Shown in pieces: positions 36,895 through 48,550 of a stretch of 64,000 nucleotides of DNA. This DNA is from Camelus ferus (lineage: Eukaryota). The first letter of the stretch is position 1. The number at the start of each line of letters is the position of its first letter. The notes beneath the pieces were generated by a model. The model was not told where the DNA came from. It worked only from the letters and a program-made list of their open reading frames with translations, and made no database searches. The translations under genes and the position numbers were made by a program. The stretch covers positions 3,350,001 to 3,414,000 of the forward strand of contig NC_045698.1 in assembly GCF_009834535.1 (NCBI RefSeq). Reading direction: 5' to 3'.

Positions 36895-37900
36895 AGTCAG
36901 TAAGCTCTTAGTAAGCACCTCAGGTGTGCCCAGGACTGGAACAGGCACTGAAAACGTGGAACTCTCGCCCTAATAGAGCTGACGGTCTGCTGGGGCATCC
37001 GCGGGAGGCGTGAAGTCACTAAAACTGAGTCCAGTAGAATCAAACGTCACACAAATGAACAAACAACAACCAACAAAAAACGACCAGAGTCAGAAGGGTG
37101 ACTTGGTGGGTGGTGGCCAGGGGTGGCCTGGCCTATGTGAAAAGTTGGCCCAGGAGCCCCACAGAGTTGATTCCTGCTCACCTGGACCAAAACAAGCCCA
37201 GAAAAGGAAACCAATAGTCAAAGTAGCCGTGAAGTGTGATACGTGAGCAGAAAGGAAGACCGGGCGGCTGGGAGGCAGGAGGCTGGTGGGAGGGCTGCCC
37301 TGTAAGGAGTGGGGTGGGAGTCTGTGCTCAGTCTGGGGACCTGAGAGCAGAGATGACTGTCGAGAAGGAACCAGCCTAGCTCAGGGGAGGGACGCACATT
37401 CCTCCAGAGTCAGCATCAGGTGCACGGTCTGCAGAGGGAAGACTGTGGCACATCCAAGGACCCGAGAGAAGCCAGTGCGTCTGGGGATAGGCACTGGGCA
37501 GAGGGTGGCCCACCCGGCCGGGGCTACAGAGATGGGTCTGAGCGCAGCCGGAGCCCTGGGGGCAAGGAAGATGCTTGGGTTTATCCTAAAGCGAACGGGA
37601 AGTGAGGGAAGTGGCTTAATCTGGGGTGGCAGGATCCCCTTTACGTTAGAGAAGATTCGTTTGCTGCTGTGTAGAGCCTGGATCAGAGGGCAGGGCGGGG
37701 GATCAGCTAGGACCGTGAGAGCGTTTGTGGAGCGCTGGGCTTAGACCCTGGGGCCAGGAGAGGAAAGGGCTGCGCGTGTTTGCAGTTACGTCGAGACAGA
37801 CTCAAGGGACTGGTCTGGAGCAAGGATGCAGGGCGCTCTGGAAACAGCTGCGACTCGCGCTTTTCTGGATGGCGGCAGGACTTTGTGCAGAGCCTAGGAA
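36895..37900 (-). mobile_element. L2 relic (fragmented)
   Basis: L2 terminus-like 36895-37000; agaagccagtgcgtctgg, ttgggtttatcctaaagcgaacgggaag, gctgctgtgtagag motifs. Confidence 0.7.
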
Positions 37901-39139
37901 GGTGTGAGAGGGAGGGCCCGGCGAAGGCCGGGGATGGGCGTGAGGTGCGCGCTTCATGCCAAGGGAGTTAAGGGAGTGAGGAAGCCCACGAGACAGACCC
38001 TCATCTGATGGGGTTTGGATGTGTTGACCCGGATCCCTTTCCAGACCTCTCAGGGGCGTCCCCCCACCGCACCCCTGCGGGGGTCGGACAGCTGAGCCCT
38101 GCAGCCTCCAGTGAGAGTTCTCACCACTGCGACCTCCCCGTGTCCGGACGCCCTGCCTCCTGTCAGTCTGGGGCTGGAGTTCCTGTCACAGGATTTGAAC
38201 GCAGTGGGCCCACTGAGCCGTCCAAAGACAGCACAGAGCTGACTCTGGACTTGGACCTTCAACATATTCGAGAGGAGCTCCGCGTTCTTAGCGTCTCTGG
38301 ACAGCTGACGGCCGTCACTGCTCCCACCTCCCCTCTGCCGGGCTCTCTCCGGCCGCGCATCCTGGCCCTGGTTTTCAGACTGGGCTTTGTCTCCCACCCT
38401 CTGAAGGAGGCATCCAGAACTGACGGTGAGCCCTCTGATGTGGCCAGGGAGGCCATAGAGAAAGGCTCTCCCTCCCTTCACCCTGGATACTCCAGGGCCA
38501 TTAATCCAGGCCCAGTCTCTCTTCCGTCTGGCGCTCCCCCGCAGGGAAGAATCGCCCTTATCCTGGGCAGCTAAGCCCTCTTTCTCCACACAGGCCTCTG
38601 TGAGCCAGGGCCCCTCGGCCGTTGGTTCTGGACCCCAGATCACCTCCCCACATTTGGATGCCCTGTCTGACAGCTGACACCGTGACTGCATTTCTGGCAC
38701 CTCTTCCTTGGTGACAAGCATATGATGGAAACTCAGCTATTAGAACTGGGCCCACGGTCTGAGCCGCACCAGGAGTGGATGTGCCCCCCTCCCCCACCGC
38801 AGCACCAGCAGAGATGCTGTCCTTGTCCCTTTGTGAAGAGGGGCCCAGGCAGGATGCTGAGCATCAGACAGGACTTGAGACCCTTTGAGTTACTCCTTGC
38901 GGCAGGACCCACAACCGAAGTGGAGAGACCTAAGTTCCATCCTAAAGTGTCAGGGCTTTATTCTCCAGGAACTGGAAAATCGTGGAACAAAGGATTAAAG
39001 AATTTGGAAAGTGAACTGGTGGAAAAGTTGAGGATGAACTGAAGAGAATGCAATTCACTTTTTTATAAATCCCAGAAAGAAGTCTGCTTTGGGTAACCAC
39101 AGAGCTCTGTCATGCGTGACTGAGGATCATAGTTGTGAT

Positions 39140-39671
39140 ATGCTCTAGAGATAAAATGAATGAGTCATTTGGTACTAGAGTACCTTTGTGTTGCCCTAAA
39201 AGAGAACGCCAGCTCCGGGGTTGAGAGGAAGGGTTTTGCACAAGTATTATTTTCACTCCACACAAGGGGCGGCAGAAGAAAGTCGGGGACTTTCCCAACA
39301 TCCCCACAAACGTGCTGTGAGCACCCCTCCCAGCTGACAGGTGCACAGGTGTGGCCAGGCAAGTTCCCTTCTTGTCCTCCCCAGACTGTGGCCCCGTGGC
39401 ATTCACACGCACCTTTTGCTTCTGTGCCCCACCCTGACCCCCATACAAGCACTTGCCCTTGGGACCTCGCTCCCAGCCCCCCACCCACTGGGGCTGGGCG
39501 TTCCCGGCACGTGGTCCCCCGCAGGGACTGTCACGTCCCCTTCTCCAGGACCTGTGGGTGTAACAAGTCTCTTTCCCTTTCAGACACCTCTCCATGGTGT
39601 TACCCCATGTCTGCGCCTGACCGATCATCCAAACACCCCATTCTACGTAACAGAACTATTCCTTATAACAC
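39140..39671 (+). mobile_element. ERVL-class solo LTR (MER54/MER74/MER88-like)
   Basis: tgccccaccctgacccccatacaagcacttgcc (TATA-region like), ctccaggacctgtgggtgtaacaa (degenerate poly(A) signal), CA end; left boundary uncertain. Confidence 0.55.
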
Positions 39672-41586
39672 AATGTAAAGCTTCTACACAGGACAACACT
39701 CTTTTAGAATTTAGATCCAGGGAAACTCCGCGCCACCTGGAACGCGGTGTGTCCTCCTGCTCGCAGCCGGGGTCTGTGCGTGTTTCTGCGTCCCTTCTGA
39801 CCTAAGAGGCCCGTGGGGTCCCAGGCCCCGCCTCAAATCCGTCCACAGGAAGCCTGCTGACTCTGGTACGTCGTGCACATGCCTTTCCTTTGGTGTTTCT
39901 TACTTTATTCTCGTACGCATTTTACTTTTGACTGATATTTATTTCATTTTAAGCAGCCTCAAATATTCTATGGAAAGAAATGGACACAGATAATTGTATA
40001 CATTATTAATATCAATTATATAATTAATTGTATATAATACATAATAAACACTAATTACATATTATACATATTAACTATATATTTTATATAAATTAACCGA
40101 CTCAGTTAAGCTCTGTCTTCCCTTTGACGTTACCTATTTAGAATACTTCAAATTGCTCGTTATCATCGGTAGCTCTGTGGGGTGATAGTTCATCACATCT
40201 GGGGAGTGGTTCCATTTTATAAATTCTTCAGAGATTTTTGGAACAGTTCAGAGTCTTCAGATGTCTTTAGAGCTTTTCCCATACGTTGTCCTACTGGTTT
40301 CCGAGGTTCTGGCTTCATTAGGACGCCGGCAGTAAACCGCTGCCCTGGATTCATCGCATACCAGCGCCCTGATGCTGTTTGCTGCAGTTGCGCGTCCTCG
40401 TTTCACAGACGGCGTCCTGCGGCTCCTCGCACAGCCCCTGCACGATTCTACACGTGAGCAGCAATGTTTCCTTCCCCACACCAGTTGAGGCAAGCGTAAT
40501 TTCCAGACTCCTTTTGACTCTCATTTCATTTTACTTCTTGAGATTCTTCTGCCTCTTTTTCTTAAAGCCAAGGTGGCAATCATCACTCCTGAGAGCTGTT
40601 CCTTATTCATGCTTTTATTTTTTTCCATAATATATTAGTAGTTAGCTTTTTAAACTTCTAAAATTATTTAATGTATGCTTTATTATATTTTAAGGTAATC
40701 ACTGTTGTACAAGACTATTTTTCCATGTTGTCCTTTAATTAGCTACTTTAATAAATTTTTCATTTTAGGTTTTAGCTGACCCAGGCAAACTGCCTGATTA
40801 TTTAGTCAGTAAATTGGAGACTAAGCATAGCTGTGGTTTCCTCATTCCAGCGTTGTTAGAAGTTTAGAGCAACTTCTAGTCACTATAAAACTGAAAACTG
40901 GCTTGTACAGTTACCATGTAACACAGAACTCCTAGTGATCTAATTAGCTAAAAAGGTATACATCACAGATTATTAAGAGTAATAGTTTATATGAAAACCT
41001 ATATACTTACCTGACAGTCTTTAACTTTTCTTTGGTTGACTCATAAAATGTCAAGAAGAGTCAGAGGTGGGAGAAAATGTCCGTGTGATTAAGTGAGTTA
41101 AGTGGGGCTCGTTCTAGAGAGAGACTTGATTTAAACCTTGAAACACTCACGTGAGCCGAGAGAGAGAAGTAAAGAAGGTCTTCTAGGTTACGGAAACCTA
41201 TCTTCTCTTGGTTTATGTGGCACCAATCAGCCCTTCACCTGCACATTGGAATGACGGCGGCAGTGGTGTGGGGTCGGTGCTGGTGATGGGGAGGGGGGCA
41301 CACTGATGACACTTTGTGTTCAGAGCAGAGGGACCTGACTTAGCCAGGATGCTCTGTTGCTGATAATGCATAATGACTGCATTTATGGGGGTTCCCAGCT
41401 TCATCTGTCTGTCACTCTGATCAAATGTCAACAATATCATGAGAATGAGAGGAAAATTATTAAGACACTTGGCATTTCTTATTGTCAGGATGCTAAATTA
41501 GTCCTAGTGAATCATGGCTAATAACATCCAATGAGTATTTGCTAATTAACTTTCCAAAACTGTAATAGAAAGAAAAGACACTGATT

Positions 41587-41736
41587 TTTTTTACACCTTC
41601 ACTGTGGTCTGGTTCCTGTACAGTAAACTACACATATTTCAGATGTACCAGTGGATGAATTTTGATAGATGTCTACACACCACTGAAACCACCGCCACAA
41701 TCAAGACAGCTAACATTTCCATCCCTCCCCAGGAGG
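41587..41736 (-). mobile_element. Ancient L1 (L1MB/ME-like) 3' terminus
   Basis: Minus strand gatggaaatgttagctgtcttgattgtggcggtggtt...tcaaaattcatccactggtaca...tttactgta, then A8. Confidence 0.8.
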
Positions 41737-42115
41737 TGCAAATTTCGATTTCCCAATTTATCCCTTCCCACCCCCTTGCCCCCCAGTAACCATAAGTTTG
41801 TTCTTTATGTCTGTGAATCTGTTTCTTTTTTGTAGATAAGTCCTTTTGTGTCCTTTTTAAGATTCTATATATAAGTGATATCATATGGTATTTTTCTTTC
41901 TCTTTCTGGCTTACTTCACTTAGAATGACGATCTCCAGGTCCATCCATGTTGCTGTAAATGGCATTATTTTATTCTTTTTTATGGCTGAGTAGTCTCCCA
42001 TTGTATAAATACACCACATCTTCCTTATCTAATCATCTGTCTATAGATATTTGGGTTGTTTCCATGTCTTGGTTATTGTAAATTGTGCTATTGTGAACAT
42101 TGGGGTATATGTGTC
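41737..42115 (-). mobile_element. Young L1 (ORF2 end plus partial 3' UTR)
   Basis: ORF 41639..42019 [41 protein letters not shown]. Confidence 0.95.
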
Positions 42116-43359
42116 AAAAATACACTGATTCTTTACTATAGCTTCCTTTTTGGGTAATAAAGCACTGTGGGTTCCACCTTTGGAAATAGCCAGCTATGCT
42201 CCTTCTGCTCCAGCACCTCCCCTGGGCAGCACATGGTCCCACAGGGCAGTCCCTTTGCCTTTGGCTGTTGATGGGTTTTTCACCAGCTCCTCATGTCTGC
42301 CTCCAGAATTATCTTCCAAAGATGCAACACAACTGAAGTCAGACTCCTGCCTAAGAAATCTCTTCTCCTGCTCCTTTAGGATGAACTAATTCTTTATCAT
42401 CTGGTAAAAAACAAAAATCACAGTCTGTCCACAATAGGCCATCCGTGCTCAATCTGGGACCAGCAACATGCAAAATGCGAGCTGAACACAGAATCACTAC
42501 ATGGCGTCAGGTGATGCGCCCTAATCCAATTTGATATCTGACATTTACTTTTAGCCTAAAAAATAAATCCTCCTCTCAGGGAAGAGGGAAAAATAATTTC
42601 TTATAGAAGTCTCGATGTGGAGAAGGAAAATAATTTTAGGAGCTCTTCTCTAGCTGTGTTTTGAAAAGAATAATTACTATATATGCTCCCACTGTTGCCA
42701 TAAATTGTGTTCACATTTTTACTGCTTCTCCCCTAAGTGATTTTGTGCCCTTGTGGAAATAACCAAAGGAAAATATAAGCCAAGTATAAATTACTGCTGT
42801 ATCTGTGTTCATTAAACTCTGCTCAAAAATTAATAAAATGGAATCCTGATGGATGAGGCCATAAATCTAATAAAACGGGGCTTTTTGGAATTGAAGGCAG
42901 TAACACACACCTACCCCTCCCCTCACCCCAATGTCAATGTCACACTTTTTTTCTTGCTCTCTTGTTTCTTCCAAGAGCTGAGAATTCACCTGTTTTCTGA
43001 AGAGCCCTGTGTTTGTGTTGAGTCTTATTCTCTCGGGCCAGGAGGAATCTGTTTTTTCTTCCTACCGTCATGGTAGTTCAAGTGCAGCTCAGTGGCAAAC
43101 GTTCCATGAAGATTTTGACTCAACAGTCCGACAGCATTCTCACTCCTCTCTCTCTGACACTCACTCATCGCACTCATCTTTACGTCATGTGACTTAGCAC
43201 CCACGTTAGGATTTAATGAAGAACAATGGCTTTTTAACTCATCCATTTGTCCTTTGACACATCAAGACACAGCAATGCCTCCCAAGCAGGTATTGGATAA
43301 ATCTTCTTTAGCTAAATTGCAAACATTTTAAAGAAAATTTAAGTCACAACTGTTTTTCA

Positions 43360-43448
43360 GGGTGGGGGGTTTAGCCCAGTGGTAGAGCACATGCTTAGCA
43401 TGCACAAGGTCCTGGGTTCAATCCCTAGTACCTCCATTAAAAAAAAAA
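43360..43448 (+). mobile_element. tRNA-Ala-derived SINE (camelid vic-1-like)
   Basis: A box tagcccagtgg, cttagcatg anticodon arm, B box ggttcaatccc, cctcca then A tail. Confidence 0.88.
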
Positions 43449-44164
43449 GAATATTTTTCTGTTCTGTTATTTTAAGTTGTTTTGATTTATTAATATAAGT
43501 ATTAGCATCTTTTAGACAATTCTGAGATTCAAATGATTGCCTTAATTTATAACAAGTAATTTAAGGGTAGACTTGAAAATGATGCGGTTTATATTGGTTT
43601 AACTATTTTATAAGTAAATCGAGTTTTGCATGCTAGCAAGTAGCTCACGATGGCTCCTAAGAAAAGGTGTTCAATGCACAAAGCATTTCTTCCTGGTCCA
43701 GGATATACCTGCACGTGGCTGGGAAATGCGACTTATTTATGTACCTGACACGCCTCACTGACATCCCAGGGCTGACCCTCACTGACGCTGCTGGCGAGCA
43801 AGTGCTGAACCAGGAAGAGACCAGGGACGGGACTCGCTGGAACAGTGGTCCCTTCTGCTCTCAGGCCACCAGCCGGCTCCTTGGCCGAGGGTCAGCGTGC
43901 GCACCGTGCAGCAGGCTGTGTCCACTCAGCCCTGGAGAGGCGTGCGGCGGGGGTGCTGCCTTCCTCCTTATAAAGCCCAGTAAGGGACAGAGGATGGAAC
44001 CAGTGGTGAGCAGTAATCATAAATCTCATGCTCAAATATGCTAAGTTACTTTTACTGCCTTTTGATTTTTCCTACATGTTAAAAATCCCACCTCATTTTA
44101 TGGCTTAGAGCCCTGCCATTATATGGTTGTTCTGACTGTATATTGCTTCCAATATATACACCTG

Positions 44165-44435
44165 AAACAAACTTATGATTACCAACGGGGAGAGGGGGTG
44201 GGGAGGGATAAATTGGGAGTCAGAGATTTACAGATACTAACCACTGTATATAAAACAGACAAACAACAGGTTTCCACTGTAGAGCACAGGGAACTGTATT
44301 CAATATCTTGCAGTAACCTATAACGAAAAAGAATCTGAAAAGGGATATATGTACATATATGTATGACTGAAACGTTATGATGTTGTACACCAGAAACTGA
44401 CACAACATTGTAAACTGACTGTATATTAATAACAT
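44165..44435 (+). mobile_element. L1 3' UTR fragment
   Basis: ggggagggataaattgggag...gcacagggaact...tacaccagaaactgacacaacattgtaaactgact. Confidence 0.92.
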
Positions 44436-45289
44436 ATATGTGAATATATATTTGAGAATTCAGGGGGAAGTTAAGATGGAGCTGTGCCCCGCTACGCCAT
44501 CGTCACTGCACGCATATTTAGAAGCAGCTCGTCAGAAAGATTGATTCTACTCTGTACCGGGCCTGGCTTCCCCCTGCAAACGGCAAATGCAGCTTGAAAG
44601 CAGAGACTCTGACATGGATCCTTAGGTGGGGGGAGCCCTCCTGCCTCTATATTCACTTTAAGTTTCACCTACCATTTTTATGATCTATTTTATCAAACAA
44701 AAATATGCAATTCCATCTGACTTTTATGACCTTGTGTTACGTGATCAATATAAAGCCCCAGTGGGCTGTTGTTTGGTCAAGATGCTGGCGAAGTCATGCT
44801 CAATCGCTGTAGCTTAGTGTCACAGTAGAAAGAGGGGTAATTCATGGATCCCCCCCCTTCCTAACTGCCCCCCCCCAGGCCAAGGGCGCATCCCTGATTC
44901 AAAGGACCCCTCCCTTGACCTGCTTTCTTACTTCCTTTGTGAGCAGGAGGTCCTGAGAGTCGTCAGTCTCTTCTTCAGCTCAACAGCATTCTGCATTTTT
45001 ACAGAGCAGACTCTTGCTTAACAACGAAGACAGCCCCCCCAACACCCCACCCCTGGCTGAATGCGACAGCCTAGCCACATATGTGAAACTGAAATATTTC
45101 CGCAGGGGCTAAAATGCACCGGTGGCTTCCTTGGTGAGAGGCGTATACGTAACAACAAAAAAGAAATAGCACCTGCTTTACACCGAATGCCAGATAAATG
45201 AAGTTTTTATGACTTAATTCTTCTCCCATAGTTTTGACTGTCTCTCAAGAAATGAGTAACTTTGTCCTTTGGGCATTTAAGTGTTTCTT

Positions 45290-45835
45290 GGGATGAAAGG
45301 TGTGTCTGGACGTTAGATTAGGGGCAGCAGACTGTGGTTCTGGGATGGGAGGGGCAGGGAGTAGGGGCACGGGGTCAGCCGAGATGCTGGTCTGGGCGGT
45401 GGTGGTGGAAATGGAAAGGCAGCCCTAACACATGGGACATTCTTGAGAATGAATAACCCATTTGCTGAACGTCTTGATGGAGGAGGAGTAAAGCAGTGGA
45501 GGGGTTGGGGGGGGACTCAAAGGTGATCCTGGAAAAATGTTGTCAGGGGCCCAGGCGGAAACCTGGGGAAGGGCCGGGACTGGGCAGGGGACATTGAGTT
45601 GGTCCTCGAAAATGAGACGCTGCAGGACTCCACAGTGTGATGAGAAGTGGGGCCTTAGACACGCTGTCCGGGGTTGCCCGAGAAGACAGGGCTCAGGGTG
45701 GACATATAAGCATCATCTTCACAGATCAGGCCTTTTAGAGAAAGCAGAGGGGTGGGTAAAACCCAAGGAACAGGCAAGAAAGCTGTCGGTTAAGTTAAAA
45801 AGTAGTGCAGGTCATGGACCCCAAGGGAGGACGTT
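45290..45835 (-). mobile_element. L2 relic
   Basis: Purine-rich degenerate L2 motifs (ggtggtggaaatggaaagg, tcaaaggtgatcctg, gtcatggaccccaagggagg). Confidence 0.5.
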
Positions 45836-46099
45836 CTATTTTAAAGCAGATATTGTATCATAAACTTCCACCAGTGGGAGGTCATTACTCAATGTCCAGA
45901 GTCAGGATTATAATGTGACCTTTTGATGTTTCAGTTATAAAAGTGTGGCCATCTCAGAAGAAACAGTTGTAAAAAGTAAGACACTGTTTTCAAGATGCCA
46001 TGGGTGACCCCAACAACCACCTTCCACCTTAGCACCCTCGCCTTGGGTGACAGACAGCTGTCATCCAAGGCGAGGACAGCAAGAAATGAGGGCAGAGTT

Positions 46100-46640
46100 G
46101 GCTCAGGACGTGTCTTGATGGGAAAGAGACTGAATATTTAAAATGGCCACATTTAGAATAGTTTAAAGAGGGGACTTTTACAAAGGTGTGGGGGGTGGGG
46201 TGGAAAAGCTCGTACCAGCAGCTTTTAAGTTAGTGTGTGCACCACTCCCAAGACTGCAGAGTGTTTAATAACCCGGAAGACTTGTGTGGAGAAGGGCTTC
46301 CACCAGGAGCTGCAGCTTTTGATGGAGGAATTGGCCAGACTGTGGAGAGAATAAACATGTCTACCTCCATGTCCTTCCGCCCCCCGATGTCCTATTGACT
46401 GAATCAGCTCAGAAACAGACGGATTCCCAGGGCACAGAGCAGTGCAGAAAGATAGAGCTGGTCTGTCCAGGGACAGCCAGAAGACACCCAGTGCACTCGT
46501 ACAGGCGTTAGAGAACAGTGCACGTTTTCTCCGGGTGGATGATGTGTGCGATTCAGATGACAAGCGGGTCAGAGTCAGAGAAAAGGAAAAGACTGAGGCG
46601 ACCGAGAAAGGTTGGTTGGCCCGGACGAAGGCTGCAGCCA
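46100..46640 (-). mobile_element. Old ERVL-class LTR relic (LTR33/LTR41-like)
   Basis: gggacttttacaaaggtgtggg motif near the left end; the remainder is weakly supported. Confidence 0.4.
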
Positions 46641-47359
46641 CATCCTACATCTCATGAGAGCCCACTGTTTAAGTAAAATTCTGAACTTCTTTTCCTAAAC
46701 ACGAGCAACACAAAAGAAAATATAGTAGGAGTGTTCACACCACAGACATGGACAAGCCCACCACGCCAGGACTCCTGCCGCCACCTTTTTTTTAAATTAA
46801 AATCCAAACTTTAATCTTTCAAGGACATCCCAAACGAGTCACTGATGGGGTTACAGGAACCTGCCACCACAGTGAGAATCAGGCCTGTTACAGCAGCAAG
46901 CACTGGTCGGATTCCTTCAGACCTCTGGGAAACTCTGGAAGGTATGGGTGGTGCAGGCTTTCTTTCTCCCTCTTGGATTTGGGGGAAAGCTGACAGGGTA
47001 GGGAGGTAGACAGGAAAGTAGTGAATGGTTGCAATGTGAGAGAACAAAAGGGGAAAAATATACTGAAAAATAATAAAAGAAAAATTTGACAAACAGCTTC
47101 CATGTCTACTTCTCTGCTTCTTGGTGTTTGTAGCATTTGTTCCAAAATAGTCCTGCTGAATCCAGGGTTTCTGTGAGTGGGTAGGAGTTTGTCAGACTAA
47201 ATGAATGAGTGAAATGTTCTTTCATAAGCCTTCACACCCGATCGGCTTCTTGACCTCCATTAATCAGCTGCACTACTATCCAGAAAATTCTTCAACCTGA
47301 AGCTGTGGGGACTATTTTAATTTCCTGGCAGAAAATAATGCTAAAATATGGCCATATAT

Positions 47360-47862
47360 TGTAGGCAGAAGAGTGGTTCCCAAAGATGAGCACATCTTAG
47401 GTCCCAGAACCTGTAAATATTCTACATCACATGCTAAAAAGGACTTTGCAGATTAACCTGAAGAAGACAGGAAGATTTTATTGGAGTGTCCCGGTGAGGC
47501 TAATTCAATCCCTCAAACTGGAAAAGCAAAGAACAGGTATGGCCAGAGAAAGACAAGAGAGGCAGAATCAGAGAAAAGCTACTCTTTGGGAGGTTCCAAG
47601 ATGGCGGAGGAGGAGGACACACGGCTCCCCCTCCCACAAAGAGTTGAGCTACTCAGCCGGCGTTGAGGGTGAAAGAAAGGGGATGCGAGTCAAGGACTGA
47701 GAGCCACTCTTGGAAGCTAGAAAAGGCAAGGAGCCCGGAGAAGGGAACCAGCCCTGCTGACACCCTGATCAGCCTGGTGACACAGAATCTGTGACAATGA
47801 GTTTGTTGTTTGAAGCCACTGAGTTTGCTGTGATCTGTTATGTGGCAATAGAATACGAATGT
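47360..47862 (+). mobile_element. MaLR solo LTR (MLT1D-like), interrupted at 47585-47654
   Basis: tgtaggcagaa...cccaaagatg...ggactttgcagat...gaagctagaaaaggcaagga...gccctgctgacacc...aagccactgagtttg. Confidence 0.88.
47588..47640 (+). mobile_element. Fragment matching the extreme 5' end of an L1 (YY1 motif)
   Basis: gggaggttccaagatggcggaggaggaggac...ctcccacaaa; CAAGATGGCGG at 47597-47607; flanked by agctactc repeats. Confidence 0.7.
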
Positions 47863-48264
47863 GTCACTCTTCACTTTTCCTGGGTTTTTTCACATTCTTT
47901 TTTTTTTTCACAAAATGTTGCAGATCTGATCTTTTTTTCTAAGACCAGCTCTGATCCTCACAACTTCCCACCTGATCGTGCTCAAAGGGATTGACAAAAA
48001 CCCACACGGAGCTGTTGCCACAGCGGGTAGACCAGCTGGAAGTAGAACACTGCCCACCAGAGAGGAGATTTGAAGCCAGGTGATCCCAGGACCTCCACAT
48101 TAAAGACGTTTGTGGGGTTACGGTTTAACAGCTGCTTCTCTCACTGGACCACCGTGCTGGGGAGGCCAGGAGGCTGGTCTGTCACATCCCCTGGACACTC
48201 AGTTCTCGGAGGAGCACAGACAAGTTGCCAAAGTGCTCACAGACAGGCCTCTAGATGTCTCATG

Positions 48265-48418
48265 ACCTCGGTTCAAGCCCCAGCTTGACAGCTTCCTGGC
48301 CGTGTGACTTTGAAAATAAGTCAAAGTACTTATTATGCCTCCATTTCCTCATCTATAAAATGGGCCAACAGCAGTTCATCCACAAAGGATGTTGGGAAAA
48401 TTAAATAAGTTAACATAA
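48265..48418 (+). mobile_element. MIR SINE relic
   Basis: ggttcaagccccagct...gtgtgactttg...tgcctccatttcctcatctataaaatggg. Confidence 0.85.
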
Positions 48419-48419
48419 T

Positions 48420-48550
48420 GATCATTTATTCAACCAGCCTGTGTCTAATGTGTGCTACGAACTTGCCAGGCACTCAGGAAACATCAGTGAAGAGAGAAGA
48501 GAAGCCTCCGGAAGTTTATGGTCCAGCAAGGGAAACAAACAATAACCGTA
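48420..48550 (-). mobile_element. L2 3' end relic
   Basis: tcatttattcaac...tgccaggcact...acatcagtgaa. Confidence 0.7.

Noticed and set aside
38050..38721. Longest ORF (223 aa), with an overlapping 188-aa ORF on the other strand
   Set aside because: No recognisable domain; GC-rich sequence with overlapping ORFs on both strands, as expected by chance.
43360..43436. Functional tRNA-Ala gene
   Set aside because: Mismatched stems, an A tail and no oligo-T terminator indicate a SINE.
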